A stretch of 20,000 nt of DNA from an uncultured virus (IMG/VR IMGVR_UViG_3300020190_000040) (lineage: Duplodnaviria > Heunggongvirae > Uroviricota > Caudoviricetes > Kyanoviridae), in the IMG/VR virus record IMGVR_UViG_3300020190_000040; one strand, written 5' to 3'. Position 1 is the first letter of the stretch. The number at the start of each line of letters is the position of its first letter. Of this stretch, positions 15,465 to 20,000 are shown piece after piece. The position numbers were made by a program, and so were the translations under genes. The notes beneath the pieces were generated by a model. The model had not been told where the DNA came from. It searched no databases and saw only the letters and a program-made list of their open reading frames with translations.

Positions 15465-15719
15465 TCATCTAATTTCAAAATCTAATTTACGTATTGTGCG
15501 TTGCTTTCTTTTCTCGTGAAATTCTAAATCTTGTTTAGACCATGGTGACTGATCCTGACGCTTTTGTTTCACGCCAGAAATTATTTCTACGAGGGTAAGA
15601 TCAAGTCCGCTGATATTCCCACCACGGATGCTGGTAAGGTTCGGGCATTGGCAACATCGTAGTTGGGATGGGTGCTCCTCTAATACTTTCCCGCAATTCT
15701 TGCATCTGATTACTAACAT
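15465..15719 (-). CDS. Hypothetical zinc-ribbon protein
   Basis: RCKNCG...RCCQCPN; ends RKLDFEIR. Confidence 0.7.
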   Translation of the reverse strand: MLVIRCKNCGKVLEEHPSQLRCCQCPNLTSIRGGNISGLDLTLVEIISGVKQKRQDQSPWSKQDLEFHEKRKQRTIRKLDFEIR

Positions 15720-15783
15720 TTTGAATCATCCCTTTCAACTCTTCAAGTTCTTGGCGAATTTTGATATATCTATCTGTATCCAT
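15601..15783 (-). CDS. Hypothetical coiled-coil protein overlapping the zinc-ribbon gene
   Basis: ATG directly after a CATAAATA late-like box. IRQELEELKGMIQNVSNQMQELRESI. Confidence 0.5.
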   Translation of the reverse strand: MDTDRYIKIRQELEELKGMIQNVSNQMQELRESIRGAPIPTTMLPMPEPYQHPWWEYQRT

Positions 15784-15799
15784 AATATTTATGTGTAAA

Positions 15800-15871
15800 T
15801 GGGCGATACTGGATTCGAACCAGTGACCATCTCCGTGTAAAGGAGGTGCGCTACCGCTGCGCTAATCGCCC
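15800..15871 (-). tRNA. tRNA-Val(TAC)
   Basis: GGGCGAT acceptor stem, anticodon loop TTTACAC, GGTTCGAATCC. Confidence 0.95.
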
Positions 15872-15874
15872 AGG

Positions 15875-15947
15875 CGACTCAGGTTGGGGTCGAACCAACG
15901 ACCGACTGCTTAGAAGGCAGTTGCTCTATCCACTGAGCTACTGAGTC
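15875..15947 (-). tRNA. tRNA-Arg(TCT)
   Basis: GACTCAG acceptor stem, anticodon loop CTTCTAA, GGTTCGACCC. 3-nt spacer to tRNA-Val. Confidence 0.95.
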
Positions 15948-15961
15948 ATGTATATGTAGGT

Positions 15962-15990
15962 ATTATATCAGTCCTTTGGGCAACTGTCAA
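15962..15990 (-). promoter_or_regulatory. Perfect sigma70 promoter for tRNA-Arg/Val
   Basis: TTGACA-17-TATAAT with TGn extension, built into the last codons of the upstream ORF. Confidence 0.85.
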
Positions 15991-16375
15991 CCCATGGGGC
16001 ACAAATCCTCATGGGGGGAGCAAGTGCTTTACATTCATCAGTATAGCACATGGTCTCGTCATTTATCTCATCTATGTAACGAGGTTTATCTACTCCAGAT
16101 TCTTTTAATCCAGATTTTTTAACGTAGTCATCTATTGCTCTGTCTACGTCTCTTGTAATTCTTCTGTTTAGTTTCTCAGGATCTTTAAGTATAAACTCAT
16201 TAAGAATAGTTTGTGGGAAATATTTTCTTTGAATCTCGTCCAATAAGTCCCATAGTCCATTTTCAGATACTCCTGTACATTGAGAGAGTGCTGCAATAAT
16301 AGATGATAATACTACTGCAACTATAGCGTATTGTTTTATATCAGGTTTTTTCTTACCGAAGTTAAAGTTAAACAT
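15968..16375 (-). CDS. Hypothetical protein with N-terminal membrane anchor
   Basis: 135 aa; hydrophobic segment and a Cys-containing C-terminus. Confidence 0.75.
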   Translation of the reverse strand: MFNFNFGKKKPDIKQYAIVAVVLSSIIAALSQCTGVSENGLWDLLDEIQRKYFPQTILNEFILKDPEKLNRRITRDVDRAIDDYVKKSGLKESGVDKPRYIDEINDETMCYTDECKALAPPMRICAPWVDSCPKD

Positions 16376-16393
16376 AAGGGGAGTTCTGCTGTG

Positions 16394-16912
16394 TCAATCC
16401 TCGTAAGTTAAATCAGCTGACAACACATATCTTTTTTTATTAGATGTTATTTTTCCAGGTCTATGAAGAAGCTTTGAAGGAAATATAAACCAAGAAAATT
16501 TTTCAAATAAAATATTTTGATTTTCAAATTCTGTTGATGGAATATTATTTTTTTGTGGCACATTTAAATAAAATATTCCTGATAGACTTTCTATAGTAGA
16601 GTCTAGATCACTATGCCTATGCCAAGTTTCATTATTTTTTAATTTCCAATTATCATAATAATCCATGTAACACCACGATTTCATTGATAATATTGATGGT
16701 TCTCTTTCTAGATAACTAAAACAAGAAAAGACAAACGAAAATTTAAATTTATAAAAATTTTGGTACTCAAAAAGATATGGATAAGTTTGAAAAGTTGGTG
16801 ACTCTGGATGATGACCCTCCTGTTCGAATAAAATATCTATAGATTCTATTGCTTTATCAATGTCTTGTTGATTTATTAATTGATTAAAATTATATTTTTT
16901 TATAATATCCAT
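16394..16912 (-). CDS. Putative 2OG-Fe(II) oxygenase-like protein
   Basis: SW...WHRH...LSGIFYL...IFPSKLLHRP...KRYVLSADL pattern. Confidence 0.7.
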   Translation of the reverse strand: MDIIKKYNFNQLINQQDIDKAIESIDILFEQEGHHPESPTFQTYPYLFEYQNFYKFKFSFVFSCFSYLEREPSILSMKSWCYMDYYDNWKLKNNETWHRHSDLDSTIESLSGIFYLNVPQKNNIPSTEFENQNILFEKFSWFIFPSKLLHRPGKITSNKKRYVLSADLTYED

Positions 16913-16940
16913 AATAAAAGGGGAGTCTTATTCACTCCCC
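16913..16940 (-). terminator. Intrinsic terminator downstream of the lysozyme-like gene
   Basis: GGGGAGT-GAATAAG-ACTCCCC-TTTTATT. Confidence 0.75.
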
Positions 16941-16956
16941 AGTATTTATTTGGTTT

Positions 16957-17598
16957 TTAAACTTCTACCGTGATCAGTCTGGAAGCATAATCATGTGCAT
17001 AATGTGTACGAGCACCATGAATGCCCCAACCAATCCAATCATACGCATAGTCCATGTAACGATTAATAGACTTACCAGGAGTTTTCATCTTCTCCTCAAT
17101 GTCTAACCATTGGACCTCATTTGTTAGATAACGAAGTTGCGTGTTAAGTGTTGATGGAGAACCACCATACTTCTTAGCAAAATCACCCAATCCATAATAT
17201 CTATTGGCAGATGTCCATTGGATCAGTCCGTAGCCGCCGTAGCAACTACCGTAACTGGTCCTGCTACCACCTTCACAAACATTAGGAACAAAAGTAGACT
17301 CTTGTTTAATATTGCCTAGAATGGTAGCTAGGGCGTTTCTGTCTTTTATACCACGATCCTGGAAGTATGCCAGGGTAGCATTTTCATTTTCATTACACCC
17401 TTTACAAATTAACCTTGTCTCTTTAGGTCTTTCGGGAGCAACCTCTTTGGTCGCTGTCTTTCTTGTAGGCTCCTCTTGAATAATAGAGAATGGTGGGGGA
17501 CCACTCACAGGGGGAGGAGGAAACACTGAAGGCAGTGTTGCCACATTGGTTGTAACCGTTGCCAAAAGGGGCAGGGTTACTGTAAGGAATTGTTGCAT
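16957..17598 (-). CDS. Phage-tail-lysozyme-family cell wall hydrolase with N-terminal signal and Pro-rich linker
   Basis: LATILGNIKQES, GYGLIQWT and TQLRYL motifs. Confidence 0.8.
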   Translation of the reverse strand: MQQFLTVTLPLLATVTTNVATLPSVFPPPPVSGPPPFSIIQEEPTRKTATKEVAPERPKETRLICKGCNENENATLAYFQDRGIKDRNALATILGNIKQESTFVPNVCEGGSRTSYGSCYGGYGLIQWTSANRYYGLGDFAKKYGGSPSTLNTQLRYLTNEVQWLDIEEKMKTPGKSINRYMDYAYDWIGWGIHGARTHYAHDYASRLITVEV

Positions 17599-17609
17599 TT
17601 AGTTAAATT

Positions 17610-17728
17610 GAACTCTACATCCGAATAGAAGGGGGGTACACCACCCCTCTCGGGGGGCACCTTCCTCGGCTCTAATTGTCACATCACCTTCTCATAATGT
17701 GAAACCTGCCCCTTTCGGTAGCAGGTCG
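17610..17728 (-). ncRNA. Candidate structured 5' leader RNA
   Basis: Three consecutive stems (17704-17726, 17679-17702, 17621-17669), two of them capped by GNRA tetraloops. GC-rich in an AT-rich context. Confidence 0.55.
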
Positions 17729-17734
17729 GATCAT

Positions 17735-17763
17735 AATATAGCACATATTTATATGAGTGTCAA
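17735..17763 (-). promoter_or_regulatory. Composite sigma70 plus late promoter
   Basis: TTGACA-17-TATATT with TATAAATA nested in the spacer. Confidence 0.75.
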
Positions 17764-17775
17764 ATGTCTTTTTAA

Positions 17776-17865
17776 CTAATGTTGGTAAGCATTTGTCAAT
17801 CCCCATTGAATGAATATGGCTAATACCATAAAAAGGACTACTGATTTAATGGCGAGGTGATTCAT
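17776..17865 (-). CDS. Small membrane peptide (29 aa)
   Basis: MNHLAIKSVVLFMVLAIFIQWGLTNAYQH. Confidence 0.55.
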   Translation of the reverse strand: MNHLAIKSVVLFMVLAIFIQWGLTNAYQH

Positions 17866-17971
17866 TTTTCATTTCATCCGTTGCTAATTTAAGTATATAA
17901 TAAATGATGTAGACAGTGCCAGATAATCCAACACCAAGAATAATGATTACGCCCCATGGTAATTCACTCAT
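17846..17971 (-). CDS. Small membrane peptide (41 aa)
   Basis: MSELPWGVIIILGVGLSGTVYIIYYILKLATDEMKNESPRH. ATGA-coupled to PTOX. Confidence 0.65.
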   Translation of the reverse strand: MSELPWGVIIILGVGLSGTVYIIYYILKLATDEMKNESPRH

Positions 17972-18468
17972 ATCATTGCCATCGCTCTGTTTAACTCAAT
18001 ATAATGATTCATTTCATCAGTTGCGATCTCAGCAATCTTGGTGTCTTCCTGGTGATCCCAGAGATAGTTTAAATAAGTCTCTGTGGCATGATATTCAATG
18101 CCTGCGTTCAAGTGATAAGCAGAAACGGGAGCAATAGAATAATAAACCACCAGAATCCAATAATAGACGAGAACCAGATGATAAGCGAAAAAGCGATCAA
18201 ACCAGCGGTCGCTTCCGCCACGCGACTCCATTTCGATAAGGTGTTCGGTTTCATTGATTGTCTGTGCAAAGTGTTCTTTCATTAGAAAATAGTGTGCTTC
18301 TGTTCTTAATCCTAAACTTTCTCTAAGATGTAGCACACTTAGAAAGGCAAAGTATGGTGCTCTAGCAATCGTCTCAAGCACCCAAAATCTTTGTATTGGT
18401 AATCCACGGTAGATAAAGTCAATGATTGCTACCGTGATTCCGAGTAGTGTATCATTTAGTTTTCTCAT
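17968..18468 (-). CDS. ptox: Plastoquinol terminal oxidase (PTOX, alternative-oxidase family di-iron protein)
   Basis: RFWVLETIARAPYFAFLSVLH, NETEH, EYHATETY and DEMNH di-iron motifs. Confidence 0.95.
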   Translation of the reverse strand: MRKLNDTLLGITVAIIDFIYRGLPIQRFWVLETIARAPYFAFLSVLHLRESLGLRTEAHYFLMKEHFAQTINETEHLIEMESRGGSDRWFDRFFAYHLVLVYYWILVVYYSIAPVSAYHLNAGIEYHATETYLNYLWDHQEDTKIAEIATDEMNHYIELNRAMAMI

Positions 18469-18575
18469 AAACCTCCAGAATCTTTTATACCATTTATATA
18501 ACCTATCAGAACCCCGCCAATAAACACAACAGAAATCAAAAGTTCTTTCGAAATAAAATCAATAAATTCTGTCAT
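18465..18575 (-). CDS. Small membrane peptide (36 aa)
   Basis: MTEFIDFISKELLISVVFIGGVLIGYINGIKDSGGL. Its end supplies the PTOX SD (GGAGG) and an ATGA overlap. Confidence 0.55.
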   Translation of the reverse strand: MTEFIDFISKELLISVVFIGGVLIGYINGIKDSGGL

Positions 18576-18684
18576 TTCCATAATCTTCGTCTTCGTAGGT
18601 GGATGGTTCTTCGAAGAGCTCTATCATTTTTAAATCTAAAACTCTTTCTTGTAATTCTTTTAAGTCTTCTTCTGTTATTATCAT
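18559..18684 (-). CDS. Small acidic protein (41 aa)
   Basis: MIITEEDLKELQERVLDLKMIELFEEPSTYEDEDYGNDRIY. ATGA-coupled. Confidence 0.6.
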   Translation of the reverse strand: MIITEEDLKELQERVLDLKMIELFEEPSTYEDEDYGNDRIY

Positions 18685-18860
18685 TTATCCTCAAGTAATT
18701 CTTCCACTCTTTTTCTCATGTTTTTGCTATCTTGTTTCATGTAATCTCGTAGAGAATATCCACGTTGGTTTCTTAAAATACAAGCGCCTTGATAAAACAT
18801 CGTGGCAGCAAATACCAATAATAGAACTATGCCTATTATTTCAGGGTAATGTTGAGCCAT
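18681..18860 (-). CDS. Hypothetical membrane protein (59 aa)
   Basis: MAQHYPEIIGIVLLLVFAATMFYQG...MRKRVEELLEDK. Confidence 0.65.
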   Translation of the reverse strand: MAQHYPEIIGIVLLLVFAATMFYQGACILRNQRGYSLRDYMKQDSKNMRKRVEELLEDK

Positions 18861-19054
18861 GGTAGTACTGGTGGAATTACGCCAATAAGTCTTAGGAGTC
18901 CTTCAGCAAATAAAGCAAGGACAAACCAGCCAACAAACATAGAAATAATGGAAGCATTTCTATTATGCCGTCTTATGGCAGCATCAATCATCTCCTGACA
19001 CTCTTTGTGAGTGACATGATGTTCTGGTTTAATTTGGTCCATCCTATGACTCAT
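18836..19054 (-). CDS. Hypothetical membrane protein
   Basis: ECQEMIDAAIRRHNRNASIISM..GWFVLALFAEGLLRL. Confidence 0.75.
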   Translation of the reverse strand: MSHRMDQIKPEHHVTHKECQEMIDAAIRRHNRNASIISMFVGWFVLALFAEGLLRLIGVIPPVLPWLNITLK

Positions 19055-19088
19055 GAATTTTAACGATAGCTATGATCGAAAATATTTG

Positions 19089-19298
19089 TTAGAAAAGTTT
19101 TAACTTTTCTATATTTAGTTTAGGAATAGGTAATTTTTCCAATGCCTTGCTGATTTGTTTCTCAACGATGACATTTACAAACTGTTCTGGATTGTCTAAA
19201 ATCTTTTGTGCTTTTTGATATGTCATGTATGCTCCTACACATAGAGCAGCACTGACACTTAAACTTAATGCTGATAATGTTAGTGATAAGTATTTCAT
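19089..19298 (-). CDS. Hypothetical protein with N-terminal hydrophobic helix
   Basis: 69-aa ORF, ATGA-coupled. Confidence 0.7.
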   Translation of the reverse strand: MKYLSLTLSALSLSVSAALCVGAYMTYQKAQKILDNPEQFVNVIVEKQISKALEKLPIPKLNIEKLKLF

Positions 19299-19486
19299 TC
19301 TTCTACTCCTATTACTATAATAGCATCCTCATAGATACCAGTTGTATCTGATTTTGTGAAAGCTTCTTTCCTTGTTTCAAATCTCATTGCTTCTGATTCG
19401 TTTGTTGTCCATTTAGGAGAGTCATTATTATTATCTTTAAAATAAAGATACCCACCGAATGATTCTCTAGCGGCAATATATTTCAT
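19295..19486 (-). CDS. Hypothetical protein
   Basis: 63-aa ORF tightly packed in the operon. Confidence 0.65.
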   Translation of the reverse strand: MKYIAARESFGGYLYFKDNNNDSPKWTTNESEAMRFETRKEAFTKSDTTGIYEDAIIVIGVEE

Positions 19487-19488
19487 TA

Positions 19489-20000
19489 TCAGTACCTACC
19501 TGGCGTACAAAAATCTGCTTTTTGATTTGGAGTATAAACTTCGTGACCCTCCTGTGGTTTCATCCATCCACAACCAATCAACCATTCCATCGTCATAGGA
19601 GTTGGTCTGACTTGCTCCCACAGAGGACCCTTACCACACATCGCTAGATGATTTGCGGTTACATTTGATTGCTCCTCTGCCCAGTTAGCATCCGACTCCC
19701 AAGGAATAGCACGAGCCATACCAGCAGCAGTATAGGTTCTTGTCGTTTGCTTGATTACCCAGTCAGGTATCTCTTTATCCTGATGGACCTGTGCCATGAA
19801 TGGTGTGCTGATACCACCTGCCATACAATCTTGTACAGCGTGCCATCCTTCGTGACGTAGCGTGCCTAGAAACTCTCTGGGGTCTCTGAGAAGGTATGCG
19901 TTAATGTAAAGACGATTAACATCTGGCTTATAAAGACCAATGGTTCCTGGTATCCAGTATCTTCTTGGTGCTAGATACACAGGCACCTTACTAGCATCTA
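19489..20000 (-). CDS. HExxH zinc-metallopeptidase-like protein (5' end off window)
   Basis: TLRHEGWHAVQDC and a downstream WESDA. Frame is open to the window end. Confidence 0.75.
   Translation of the reverse strand, partial: DASKVPVYLAPRRYWIPGTIGLYKPDVNRLYINAYLLRDPREFLGTLRHEGWHAVQDCMAGGISTPFMAQVHQDKEIPDWVIKQTTRTYTAAGMARAIPWESDANWAEEQSNVTANHLAMCGKGPLWEQVRPTPMTMEWLIGCGWMKPQEGHEVYTPNQKADFCTPGRY

Overview
AT-rich segment of a T4-like cyanophage (cyanomyovirus). It is mostly minus-strand. The core block runs gp32, DUF1825-like, gp33, exonuclease, phoH, thyX. It is followed by host-metabolism genes (speD, two glutaredoxins, psbA, peroxiredoxin, two hli, PTOX), an inverted plus-strand tail-fibre/sulfotransferase island, four tRNAs and many small ORFs. 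The strongest signals are non-coding. (1) There is an apparent nitrogen-sensing module: an NtcA-type box, tandem glnA-class glutamine aptamers and two DUF4278-like genes. The second aptamer carries a whole 51-aa ORF looped out of its P2 stem. (2) A manA-like RNA beside tRNA-Gly has the same design, with a 65-aa ORF looped out and its AUG held in the closing helix. (3) A multi-hairpin leader with a possible alternative pairing lies upstream of a lysozyme-like gene. (4) Fused terminator/promoter elements recur. All family calls come from motif recognition by eye; no database searches were run.
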